A DNA stretch of 64,000 nt from an uncultured bacterium (lineage in GTDB: Bacteria; Fidelibacterota; JAANXI01), in the NCBI GenBank assembly GCA_964413425.1, contig CAYPST010000010.1, positions 5,070-69,069 on the forward strand, given 5' to 3'. Positions 19,209 through 28,753 of the stretch are shown one piece after another. Numbering within the stretch: position 1 is the stretch's first letter; every line of letters starts with the position of its first letter. The notes under the pieces are model-generated. The model did not search any database and had not been told where the DNA came from. It worked only from the letters and a program-made list of their open reading frames with translations. The translations under genes were made by a program, and so were the position numbers.

Positions 19209-20492
19209 ATGTCGAAGCGAGCTACTTTTCTGTTTGTTGCAGTGTTTATGGGGTTAGCCTGGGCGCTCCGCGGTCATTTCGGACATGAAAACGGGGCGGC
19301 GTGGGCCGGAGCGATCGGTACGCTGGCTATTCTGGTTGCAGTCCGCCGGGGAGACTGGATAAACCGGCTCCCGGTGGTGATATCGCTGGGAGCGATTGGA
19401 TGGGGAGTGGGGGGGATGATGAGTTACGGCCGCATCATTGGCTATACCCGGGGCACGGATTTCGGCAATGTTTTTTATGGTCTGCTTATGCTGGGGATTG
19501 TAGGGGCGTTGTACGGCTATATTGGCGGGGGATTATTCGGACTGGGTCTGGAAACCGAACCCGACCATAAACCGCGCTGGCCTGCAATTATCACCGAAAT
19601 GACCGTTGGTGGTTTACTTGCCTGGAGTCTGTTGATCTATCAATTCGGATGGAAAATGACGCCCCCCAGATCCGAACTCTGGGCCGCCTGTTTTGGCGCA
19701 GCCATAGCCCTGGCCTGGTATGCATACCGGAATCGCTTCTATGGAACACTCCGGCTGGCCGCCTATTCCGCACTAGGCGCCGGATTGGGGTTCGCATGTG
19801 GGGACTTTGTGCAAACACTCGGGAATGTAACCGGTCTCCGGTTTAACTGGTGGAACGTGATGGAATTCATTCTCGGATTCGGGGGAGGATTGGGAATGAT
19901 GTATGGAATCACAACCAGAGAATGGCCGGAATCCGCACAACCGTCCCGCCTGTCAAACTGGGTCGGACTGGTATTTCTGCTGGTTGTGCTGCCGGTGGTC
20001 AATATATTCCAGGGAATGGAGTATTCACATTTTACCCAGCTGGCAGAGCAGATCGGTCACCTGGAGCCCGCAGTATTCGCGCAGACGCAAATTCTGGTTG
20101 CCTGGATAATGGTGCTGTTGCTGGTGATCCCGGGAATCCTGTTCTGGAGATTAATGGAGCAGAAATCGGCAGTTCACCCGCTAACCTATGGGACGGGTTT
20201 GCTGTTCGGATATACTGTCTTGTATATCCTCTTCAGCCATGTCAAAAAAGGGATGCTTCATATCCCAGGGCAACCCGAACAGTATTTCTACTGGCTCATT
20301 CTTCTGGTAGCGTTAGCTCTCTGGTGGAAAGGAGAACAGGCTGATTCCGAAGTACCCTTTCAGCACATCAAACCTGATACATTAAAACGGTGGATGATCA
20401 TTCTGGCGGTCTCCATTCTCCTGATTGCATTATTCGCTTTGATTTCAATTTCCATTCATCAGGGATTGTCCGGGGCGTACACGCGCTTCTAA
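19209..20492 (+). CDS. hypothetical integral membrane protein (about 12 TM)
   Basis: Gly-rich TM helices throughout; no known motif recognised. Confidence 0.55.
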   Translation: MSKRATFLFVAVFMGLAWALRGHFGHENGAAWAGAIGTLAILVAVRRGDWINRLPVVISLGAIGWGVGGMMSYGRIIGYTRGTDFGNVFYGLLMLGIVGALYGYIGGGLFGLGLETEPDHKPRWPAIITEMTVGGLLAWSLLIYQFGWKMTPPRSELWAACFGAAIALAWYAYRNRFYGTLRLAAYSALGAGLGFACGDFVQTLGNVTGLRFNWWNVMEFILGFGGGLGMMYGITTREWPESAQPSRLSNWVGLVFLLVVLPVVNIFQGMEYSHFTQLAEQIGHLEPAVFAQTQILVAWIMVLLLVIPGILFWRLMEQKSAVHPLTYGTGLLFGYTVLYILFSHVKKGMLHIPGQPEQYFYWLILLVALALWWKGEQADSEVPFQHIKPDTLKRWMIILAVSILLIALFALISISIHQGLSGAYTRF

Positions 20493-20647
20493 TATGCTGT
20501 TTTGCATTTCAATGAATCGTATATCCGGGACGACCCTGCTACTTATTTCAGCCTGCGGACATCCGGTGGGATGATCCTCCTTGCAGGAGACACCGGAGAA
20601 TATTATCATGTGAAGGGTCTGAAAATCAGAAAAGGGGAAATAGTTCT

Positions 20648-21376
20648 ATGAAACTCGAAGCACAGGTTGCCGTTATTACCGGCGGCAGTACAGGAGTCGG
20701 CAGAGCCGTCGGTGAATTGTTCGTTCAGGAGGGAGCGAGTGTGGTGCTGGCGGCCAGGACTGAATCAAAATTGGAAGCAGCCGCGAAATCACTGCGCAGC
20801 AAGGGAGGCGAAGTGCGGGCTGTCCCGACCGACGTCAGCCGGCGCCGGGATTGTGAGCAGTTGATTGCGCAAGCAGTCGAGGCCTTCGGAACGGTGGATA
20901 TCCTGGTGAATAACGCCGGAGTTGGTATTTATAATCCTGTGGATGACCTGAGTGATGAGGAGCTGGAAACACTGCTTTCAATCAATTTAAAGGGAACCAT
21001 TTATTGTTCGCAGGCCGTATATCCAATGATGAAGGAGCGAGGATCCGGCCATATTATCAATGTAGCATCTATTGCAGGGAAAACGGGACTGCCGCGAGAA
21101 AGCGGGTACAATGCTTCGAAATTTGCCATGGTGGGGTTCGGACAAAGTCTGAAGAAGGAAGCCATCCGATATGGTGTACGAGTCCATAATATTTGTCCGG
21201 GAGGAATAAACACGCCATTCTGGGATGATGTACCGGATAAGCCCGATATCTCAAAGTTCCTGGATCCTGCCCATGTGGCCGGTCTGGTGCACTATGTTGC
21301 CCTGTCACCTGCCATGATGGTTTTTGATGATATTGTGGTACATCCGCACCATGAATATCTGGAGCGGTTTGCCTGA
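20648..21376 (+). CDS. SDR-family oxidoreductase
   Basis: TGGSTGVG cofactor motif, NNAG, catalytic YNASK. Confidence 0.9.
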   Translation: MKLEAQVAVITGGSTGVGRAVGELFVQEGASVVLAARTESKLEAAAKSLRSKGGEVRAVPTDVSRRRDCEQLIAQAVEAFGTVDILVNNAGVGIYNPVDDLSDEELETLLSINLKGTIYCSQAVYPMMKERGSGHIINVASIAGKTGLPRESGYNASKFAMVGFGQSLKKEAIRYGVRVHNICPGGINTPFWDDVPDKPDISKFLDPAHVAGLVHYVALSPAMMVFDDIVVHPHHEYLERFA

Positions 21377-21598
21377 TATACGGAAGTGTACGTCGATTCC
21401 GTGTGTTATTTTTCCGTGATTTCCGCCGGGAGATTCTCCTGTTGGGGTGACCGGGGTTAACGAGAATGAAGGGTAATTATTCAATACTGAAGTCGGTCAG
21501 GTCTTGGATCAAGCCATTGAAGGTCGCAGGTTCGAAACTGTCATACACGGTATTTCCGGAGGCTGTTATGTGTAAGCGGAAACGGTGATAGCATCCGC

Positions 21599-22939
21599 GT
21601 GTTCAGCAAGGTGAAGCGAGTGCTCTCATTTAATTTCTTCCGTCGCATTGTTGATGTCCGGCGCGAAGAATTGAAAGCCCTGCTCTGGTCTTTCTTCTAT
21701 TTTTTCAGCCTGCTCAGCAGCTACTATATTCTCCGGCCGCTCCGGGATGAAATGGGGATTGCCGGTGGAGTTCAACATCTCCAGTGGGTGTTTACGGGCA
21801 CATTCATTGTCATGCTCTTGATCGTGCCGGTATTCGGGGCAATCACTTCCCGCTACCGGTTACGAAAAATTCTCCCGTTCATTTATATATTTTTTATTAC
21901 GAATATCCTCATCTTTTTCTTTCTCTTCCGGTCGTTCGGGCAACCAACGGTTCTTGCGCACGCCTTTATGATCTGGACCAGTGTGTTTAATCTTTTTGTT
22001 ATCTCCGTGTTCTGGAGTTTCATGGCAGATATGTTCAGCAATGAACAGGCACATCGTCTGTTCGGATTTATTGCCGCAGGCGGCAGTGCCGGAGCACTGG
22101 TTGGACCAGGTGTGGCTGCGCTGCTTGCAACCTTCGCAGGAGTGGTGAATCTGCTCCCTCTTTCGGCCGGGTTTTTATCCATCACAATTTTGTGTATTCA
22201 TCAGCTGCTTCGATGGCGTGACACAACGGAAAGGTCAAGGGAATCAGAAATAAAGCACCAGGGAGAGGAGACCAGGAATTCCGCGTTCTCTCCGGGCATC
22301 CGGACTGAAGAACCTATCGGCGGCGGCTGGCTGGGGGGGATTAAACTCCTCCTGAAATCCCCTTATCTGCTGGGTATCTGCGCGTTCATTCTGTTGACCG
22401 CCACGGTACAGACTTTTTTATATTTCACCCAGGCACACATTGTGGAAAGTGCCTTCGATGACCCCGGGAAGCGAACCACCTTATTTGCTCTTATGGATTT
22501 AAGTGTGAATATTTTCACAATCTCTTTGCAGGTATTTATTACCGGCCGACTGCTGACCGAATACGGCGTACCGGTTGTCCTCGCATTGATACCGGTGTAC
22601 GTGTTGCTTTCATTTGTGGGATTGGGTATTGCCCCCATCTTGCCGGTGCTGGTGGTTGCTCAGGTGGGTACCCGGGCAGGCAATTATGCTATCACCCGCC
22701 CCGGCAGAGAGGTGCTGTTTACCGTCCTGGGGCGGGAGAAGAAATATAAAGCCAAAAACTTTATTGATACCGTGGTGTATCGAGCCGGGGATGCTCTCAG
22801 CGGATGGACGTTTGCCGGGCTGACTTCCATAGGAATCGGGTTATCCGGGATTGCACTCATCGCAATTCCCTTCTCTCTCGGATGGATGGCCGTCGGATAT
22901 CTCCTGGGACGGCGTCAGGAAGAGGAACGACCGGTTTGA
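21599..22939 (+). CDS. MFS-type transporter, Npt1/Npt2 (ATP/ADP translocase-like) family candidate
   Basis: 12 TM; N-terminal ...SYYILRPLRDEMG resembles NTT/TLC family motifs. Confidence 0.55.
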   Translation: MFSKVKRVLSFNFFRRIVDVRREELKALLWSFFYFFSLLSSYYILRPLRDEMGIAGGVQHLQWVFTGTFIVMLLIVPVFGAITSRYRLRKILPFIYIFFITNILIFFFLFRSFGQPTVLAHAFMIWTSVFNLFVISVFWSFMADMFSNEQAHRLFGFIAAGGSAGALVGPGVAALLATFAGVVNLLPLSAGFLSITILCIHQLLRWRDTTERSRESEIKHQGEETRNSAFSPGIRTEEPIGGGWLGGIKLLLKSPYLLGICAFILLTATVQTFLYFTQAHIVESAFDDPGKRTTLFALMDLSVNIFTISLQVFITGRLLTEYGVPVVLALIPVYVLLSFVGLGIAPILPVLVVAQVGTRAGNYAITRPGREVLFTVLGREKKYKAKNFIDTVVYRAGDALSGWTFAGLTSIGIGLSGIALIAIPFSLGWMAVGYLLGRRQEEERPV

Positions 22940-23495
22940 CTTCCGGAGTTGCTGCTGTTCATTTCGGACAACGGAGGTTTACTTCGTGTCGGGGCCAATA
23001 ACGGCAGCCTGCGCGGGGGCAAACAAATGGTCTACGAAGGAGGTATTCGGGTTCCCATGTGCGGCGGCTGGCCCGGGAAAATTCAACCGGATTCGCGTAC
23101 CAGCCAGATTGCACTCACCATGGATTTATTTCCGACGATTTGTGAAGCCGCCGGCGCCGAAATACCGCATTCCATCGATGGCATTTCCATACCGGATATT
23201 CTCACCGGGCAGACCAAAACGCTGCCGGAGCGTGATCTGTTCTGGACCAGACGGGAAGGGGGAAACCGATATATGGGCAAGACCATCCGGGCGATACGAC
23301 GCGGGGACTGGAAATTACTGCAGAACAGCCCGATGGAACCATTCAGGCTGTATAACCTGAGGGGAGGATCCGCTGGAAGAACACGATCGCTCGGAAAGCC
23401 ATCCGGAGCAGTTCGACGAACTGGCAGAAGCGCTGCGAGCCCATATTCAGCGGGGCGGTGCAGTGCCCTGGCAGAAACCAAAATATGGCGGTTGA
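22940..23495 (+). pseudogene. sulfatase C-terminal remnant (N-terminal ~270 aa missing, plus frameshift near 23355)
   Basis: LLFISDNGG...YEGGIRVP...WPGKI...DLFPTI...RDLFW...YNL, then a frame change continuing DPLEEHDRSESHPEQFDELAEALRAHIQ..KYGG*. Starts in frame immediately after the transporter stop codon. Confidence 0.6.
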
Positions 23496-23633
23496 TTTGC
23501 GTGTGTCGATTGACTGGCCCGGAATATTCGCCCGTCCAGGTACAGCTGCATGCAGAGCTGTGTTAGAAACATACAGCACGAGAGTGTCAGATCAGATTTT
23601 CAATGTTGGAGCCGACTGACATTGATTATACAT

Positions 23634-23773
23634 GAGTCTGTTTAGAAAACGCCTCGCCCCGAAGAGATGCCTTTGGCAAAGAGATCCCTCTGGGACAAAG
23701 AAAATATACAATATCTCCGTCCAAATAGCGGAATACATTGTGCTTATATCTTCTCTCCCTACTAAACATATAA
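23634..23773. repeat. R1 repeat copy 1 (interrupted by MITE-1; resumes 24157-~24205)
   Basis: GAGTCTGTTTAGAAAACGCCTCGCCCCGAAG...GGGACAAAGAAA..GTCCAAATAGCGGAATACATT, shared with copies at 34774 and 57507. Confidence 0.5.
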
Positions 23774-24156
23774 GACTATTAAGATAACGCAGTCCAGTAT
23801 CGACATGCTCCCTTAGGTGGATCATCTCTCCACCCATCCCGGCCCCGAACACTCTATCCTCCTGGCCCCCTTTCTCTCACCAGAGAAAGGGGGGACGGGG
23901 TGCGGCGCGTTGGGCGCCATTTCGGTCCCCTGTCCACCATCTCCTCGGGACAGACTGAGGAATGAGAGCACGCATGGTTGTGTGGGCCGCATGAGGGACT
24001 GCAGCCCGCCTCCCCCTCTCATGGGCTGCGGAAGATGGGGGAAGGGATCCAGGAGAGGGGGACCGAGGGGGGGGGAGTGCTCGCCGCTCCGCCAAGTCAG
24101 CCGTCCGGCCGAAGGAACGCAACCAGCTCGCTCTTTCCTGAGTTAACTTAATAGTC
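23774..24156. mobile_element. MITE-1 copy (383 bp) with terminal inverted repeats GACTATTAAG/CTTAATAGTC and flanking ATATAA duplication
   Basis: Homologous to 43064-43313. ATATAA is present at 23768-23773 and again at 24157-24162. GC-rich interior with hairpins (CTTTCTCTC..GAGAGAAAG). Confidence 0.6.
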
Positions 24157-24359
24157 ATATAAACATAAGCCAAGTTCACCAACTTGTATCCGACGCATGT
24201 TTTCTAAATAGGCTCATAGTACAGACATCATGTCCCGGGGCAGTACTGTTGAATTAATAACGAAGCAATCTGCAATGGAAGTAAAAGAAAAAGCCGGGTA
24301 TGGAAGAACCCGGCTTCCAGGATGACCTCTTGCGACAACAGGATAACTCGGCCTGGTGA

Positions 24360-24788
24360 TTACTGAATCTTCACCTCGATGGTGGCGCTTTTTCCGGTCC
24401 ACTGATTGGCCAGCTCTTCCGTCACCAATTCATTGCCCTGTTTATCATACACGCTGACATCGATGTGATAGGTCCCGCTCGGAGCATCCCAGGGCACTTC
24501 AAAGGAAGAACTCCAGATATTATCGCCTGCAACTTTGTCCGCACCCTCGCCGTTATTCTGCAATTGCCCCCGGAATTCAGTGTATTCACGGACGGTGGTT
24601 TCCACCCGATCAACATTTTCTGCAGGCCCGTTGACCACCACGTACAGGGATAGATCATTACCGGGGCCTACGGGTTGTGGTTCTGCATAGGCGTTCTCCA
24701 CGCTTAATTTCCCCCCGGCGCAATTCACCAGGAAGATTGAAACAAAGATAGTAAGGCTCAGAACGGAAAAACCTCTTTTCATAACCAT
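24360..24788 (-). CDS. hypothetical lipoprotein
   Basis: Signal and lipobox LVNCAGG; 142 aa. Confidence 0.5.
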   Translation of the reverse strand: MVMKRGFSVLSLTIFVSIFLVNCAGGKLSVENAYAEPQPVGPGNDLSLYVVVNGPAENVDRVETTVREYTEFRGQLQNNGEGADKVAGDNIWSSSFEVPWDAPSGTYHIDVSVYDKQGNELVTEELANQWTGKSATIEVKIQ

Positions 24789-25102
24789 ACCCCTCTGATT
24801 GAGTTCGGAATAACACTAAAAAGATTAGTACGGATTTTGCCGAAATGCAACATCCAAATGCTAGTCTCACTGACAATTCAGAAGTATAATCCGGACATTG
24901 TAGGTCCATGTCGATCTCTCCACCGATCTCAACGTGGAAGGCTGAAGGGATTTCATATTGCTATTCAGAGATATTTGGATAATATTATTGTGACCTCTGT
25001 AGAAACCACGAATGAACACGAATTACCACAAATTAAATCAAACCCATAATAAACAATTATTAATCAGAGAATTGATTTTACTATCACGGCAAATTACTTC
25101 AA

Positions 25103-25282
25103 CCCAAATTGAGCGATTTATTTCCATAAATCGCTCAACCGACAAAGAAAATGTACGTGTTCACCTCCCCGAAAACGGCGTCGGGACGTTTCGCACCCAT
25201 TCGGTGAAAACACACATTTTCTCAGTCGGGGTTATACCTAAGTACAGCGATACTTCGCGAAGCTCGTATCGCTCAACTTAGG
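25103..25282. mobile_element. MITE-2 copy (180 bp): TIR CCCAAATTGAGCGAT / ATCGCTCAACTTAGG, 5-bp TTCAA target duplication
   Basis: Reverse complement is about 90% identical to 43314-43514. TTCAA at 25098-25102 and 25283-25287. Internal palindrome TTGAGCGATTTAT-ttcc-ATAAATCGCTCAA. Confidence 0.6.
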
Positions 25283-25480
25283 TTCAATTATTTAAAGTGA
25301 GAGTTCTTTGATCTCCTTTTCAAAACCGACTATTTATTTCTGTCATACTAAAGAAAACGATCAAAAGCATTTTTACACTTCCGTATATTACTTGGAAGAC
25401 CATCAGCAGGGGTTAAAATCCGGGATCATTGGAACTTTATCCAATTTTCTTAACAAATGTGCAGCGAAGGAGAATGAACG

Positions 25481-26842
25481 GTGAGTGGTGTCTGGTTGCT
25501 GATCATACTACTGCTGGCGATTGTTTTCATCATCTATGGAACCGCCGGATTGAAATGGCATCCCTTTCTGGTTTTGCTGCTGGCATCCTATGCCGTAGGA
25601 TTACTTGCCGGTCTTCCGGGCTCAGAGACCATTAAAGCCATCACTGACGGGTTTGGCGGGACGTTAGGGTCCATCGGAATCATCATCGCTGCCGGGACCA
25701 TTATCGGTGCCATTCTTGAAAAAAGCGGTGGGACTATCGTCATGGCGAACACGGTCATCCGGTGGATCGGGGAAGCCCGGTCGGCGCTTGCCATGAGTAT
25801 CACTGGTGCGGTGGTTTCCATCCCTGTATTCTGTGATTCGGGGTTTGTGATACTCTCACCACTGAACAACTCCCTTGCCGCCCGGGCAAAAAAGTCCGTG
25901 GCACTGTATGCCGTGGCCCTGAGTATGGGATTATATTCCACGCACGTCTTCGTACCGCCCACTCCCGGGCCTATTGCCGCAGCCGGCATCCTGAACGCAG
26001 ATCTGGGATCGGTGATTCTGCTGGGTATAATTACCACGGTACCGGTCATCATCGTGACCTACCTCTTTGCCAGGTATGCAGGGAATCGGATCTACATCGA
26101 TCCGGCACAGGTGGTCGAAACAACACAACAGGAAGATTCGGATTCCCCGCCTGCCCAACCTGATGAACGGGAGCTTCCCCGTCCGATACTGGCCTTTTTA
26201 CCGATTCTGGTGCCGATGCTCCTCATTGCCCTCCGGTCGGTGGCCGAATTCCCTGGAAAAATTTTCGGTGAAGGAGTTGCCTTCAAGATCATTACCTTTT
26301 TCGGTGATCCCAATACTGCCCTGATTCTGGGTGTGATACTGGTGTTTCTTACGGTGCGGGAACGTGGTCCGCACGTGTATCGGGACTGGGTTGGCACCGG
26401 GTTAAAAAATGCCGGGACAATCATTTTAATCACCGGTGCCGGAGGAGCATTGGGGAGCGTTCTCCGGGCGACGCCAATCGGAGATTATCTGGGCAGCACT
26501 CTGGCGAACTGGAATATCGGGATCTTCCTGCCGTTTCTCATTGCCGCCGCTATTAAAACAGCCCAGGGATCATCGACGGTCTCGATTATCACGACCGCTT
26601 CCATTGTAACTCCGCTCCTGACAACCATGGGATTAGCCGGCGGGATGGGACCGGTGCTGGTGACATTGGCTATCGGTGCCGGAGCAATGACTGTCTCCCA
26701 TGCGAATGATAGCTATTTCTGGGTGGTCAGCCAGTTTTCGGGGATGGATGTTTCCCAGGCATACCGACTGCAAACTGTGAGCTCCGGGATAGCCGGCGTG
26801 ACCGGGATTCTTATGGTATTTATCTTCAGTTTACTCGTGTAA
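25481..26842 (+). CDS. GntP-family permease (gluconate/H+ symporter family)
   Basis: Typical GntP TM organisation and conserved Gly/Pro-rich helices. Confidence 0.8.
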   Translation: MSGVWLLIILLLAIVFIIYGTAGLKWHPFLVLLLASYAVGLLAGLPGSETIKAITDGFGGTLGSIGIIIAAGTIIGAILEKSGGTIVMANTVIRWIGEARSALAMSITGAVVSIPVFCDSGFVILSPLNNSLAARAKKSVALYAVALSMGLYSTHVFVPPTPGPIAAAGILNADLGSVILLGIITTVPVIIVTYLFARYAGNRIYIDPAQVVETTQQEDSDSPPAQPDERELPRPILAFLPILVPMLLIALRSVAEFPGKIFGEGVAFKIITFFGDPNTALILGVILVFLTVRERGPHVYRDWVGTGLKNAGTIILITGAGGALGSVLRATPIGDYLGSTLANWNIGIFLPFLIAAAIKTAQGSSTVSIITTASIVTPLLTTMGLAGGMGPVLVTLAIGAGAMTVSHANDSYFWVVSQFSGMDVSQAYRLQTVSSGIAGVTGILMVFIFSLLV

Positions 26843-27130
26843 CTGAGCAGTATGAGTGTCAGCAGGGATCTCCGATCCCATTCGCAGAGATTAGAGAAAA
26901 AGTATATCCATGAGAGTGGTTAAAAAAACAAGTGAAAGACAGAACATGTTCAAATGGACATGTAGGTAGTGGGCAAAGTTGAATATCAAGTTTCATATTA
27001 TCAGTGTCTTTCAGTGCGTTTCAGTGTTTCATTCAGGTATTATTTTTGTCCCAGAGGGATCTCTTCGAGGCGGTTCTGGCGATCTTTGCGCTTTCTCTCA
27101 TTCATAGAATTACAACGAGGGAGGTGATTC

Positions 27131-27823
27131 ATGTCCCGTTCATACCAGAAGATGTCGGTATTTTTGGCAATCCTGTTAGTTTTCCTGGGTCCTCAGCACG
27201 TATTCGGACAACCCGAGCGATGGGAAACCGCTATTCAGGCCTTTGAGGCACAAGACAGACAAGATCCTCCACCCGCCGGAGCAGTATTGTTCGCCGGAAG
27301 TTCCAGCATTCGCGGATGGGAATCTCTGCAGCAGGATTTTCCGTTCGTGCCGGTGATACAGCGGGGTTTCGGCGGTTCGGAAATGGAAGATTTGCTTTAT
27401 TATACAGATCGCATCGTTACTCCGTATAAGCCGTCGGTGATCATTGTCTACGAGGGCGATAATGATATTGCAAACGGGAAGAGCCCTGCCCGGGTTTTTA
27501 CCGACTTTAAAAAATTTGTGGAGCAGGTGCATACCGCACTTCCCGATGCCAAAATCGGTTACATTTCGATTAAACCCAGTATTGCCAGATGGTCGTTGGT
27601 GGAGGAAATGGCGGAAGCCAACCGGATGATTCGTAAGTTCACCCTGTGGGCACCGAACCTTGAATATATCGATATCTTTTCACCGATGCTGGGGTTGGAT
27701 GGAAAACCGCGCAATGAGCTGCTGATTGAAGACGGACTGCATCTGACACCGGCCGGGTATGAGCTCTGGACGGAAATAGTGACCCCATATCTGCAACCTG
27801 TAAAAATTACTCAGAATGATTAA
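27131..27823 (+). CDS. secreted SGNH/GDSL hydrolase
   Basis: Signal peptide; GSSSI(R)GW block I, GxND block, DGLH catalytic block. Confidence 0.7.
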   Translation: MSRSYQKMSVFLAILLVFLGPQHVFGQPERWETAIQAFEAQDRQDPPPAGAVLFAGSSSIRGWESLQQDFPFVPVIQRGFGGSEMEDLLYYTDRIVTPYKPSVIIVYEGDNDIANGKSPARVFTDFKKFVEQVHTALPDAKIGYISIKPSIARWSLVEEMAEANRMIRKFTLWAPNLEYIDIFSPMLGLDGKPRNELLIEDGLHLTPAGYELWTEIVTPYLQPVKITQND

Positions 27824-27844
27824 AAGTGAGAGGAGGAAAAATCC

Positions 27845-28693
27845 ATGCGAAAAAAATGGTCCGGTTTTTTATCTCTGGGAGTAGTTGTTTTTCTTATCAT
27901 GGGAGATGTGGTATTGGCGCAGCCGGAAAATGTTGACGAGTTAAGAAAAGGGCATAATTTTATTCCTACGCCGGTCTACTCAATGGAAGAAGATCAGGCA
28001 ATTCTCAAGCTATTCGAGGGATTACGAGTGGCAGACGTTTCCGATGGTATGGATAAAGTCGGTCTGCAGAACGTCGGGCTTATGACTCCGGAAATCCATG
28101 CGCTGTGGAAAGATACCGAAGACTTTTCGCACCAATTTGTCGGGATTGCGGTGACAGTACGCTACGTTCCCACCAATAAGCCGCCCGCCGGTCATATGGA
28201 GACCGAACAGTTTGATCAGTGGGTGGGACACTGGTACGGGGAGTATTCTTCGGAACCTTTTGTGCCGCTGCTCCGGGAGGGCTCAGCGCTGGTGATTGAT
28301 GATGCGAACAGTGTTGATGTGGGATCCATCGGGTCGAATAATATTATGGGATGGGCCATCCGGGGCTGCGTCGGAGTCGTCACGGATGCCACCGCCCGGG
28401 ATACGGATGAAATCATCGCGGAAGGTATTCCGTTATATTTTAAAGAAACGGGAAGAGGCATCCGTCCCGGCCGGAATGAAGTAGAGTCAGTCAATCGTCC
28501 CATAGAAGTGGGAGGCGTACTGGTGCGTCCGGGCGATGTGATTGTGGCCGATGGTGACGGTGTCATCTGTGTGCCCCGGGAATACGCGGAAGAAGTAGCG
28601 GAGTATGCACGAAAGACCATTGAAGGCGATAAAGAGAGCCGCCGGCAGAAGTACGAAAAATTGGGCATCCCATTCGATGAAACAGTAAAGTAA
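27845..28693 (+). CDS. RraA-family protein (HMG/CHA aldolase / RNase E regulator fold) with apparent signal peptide
   Basis: LRVADVSDGMD...GDVIVADGDGVICVP motifs; N-terminal MRKKWSGFLSLGVVVFLIMGDVVLAQP. Confidence 0.65.
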   Translation: MRKKWSGFLSLGVVVFLIMGDVVLAQPENVDELRKGHNFIPTPVYSMEEDQAILKLFEGLRVADVSDGMDKVGLQNVGLMTPEIHALWKDTEDFSHQFVGIAVTVRYVPTNKPPAGHMETEQFDQWVGHWYGEYSSEPFVPLLREGSALVIDDANSVDVGSIGSNNIMGWAIRGCVGVVTDATARDTDEIIAEGIPLYFKETGRGIRPGRNEVESVNRPIEVGGVLVRPGDVIVADGDGVICVPREYAEEVAEYARKTIEGDKESRRQKYEKLGIPFDETVK

Positions 28694-28753
28694 ACCTTGG
28701 TGTGGCTCGCAGTATATACGCCAAATTAAGTAAAGGATTCGTTAAAAAATCCG

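Noticed and set aside
23817-24146. 109-aa ORF and its look-alike 43058..43306 (82 aa), both beginning ..DHLSTHPGP..
   Set aside because: Their similarity is explained by the MITE-1 repeat they lie in. Pro/Gly/Arg-rich, no start context; one copy carries a 100-bp insertion that is not a multiple of a coherent domain.
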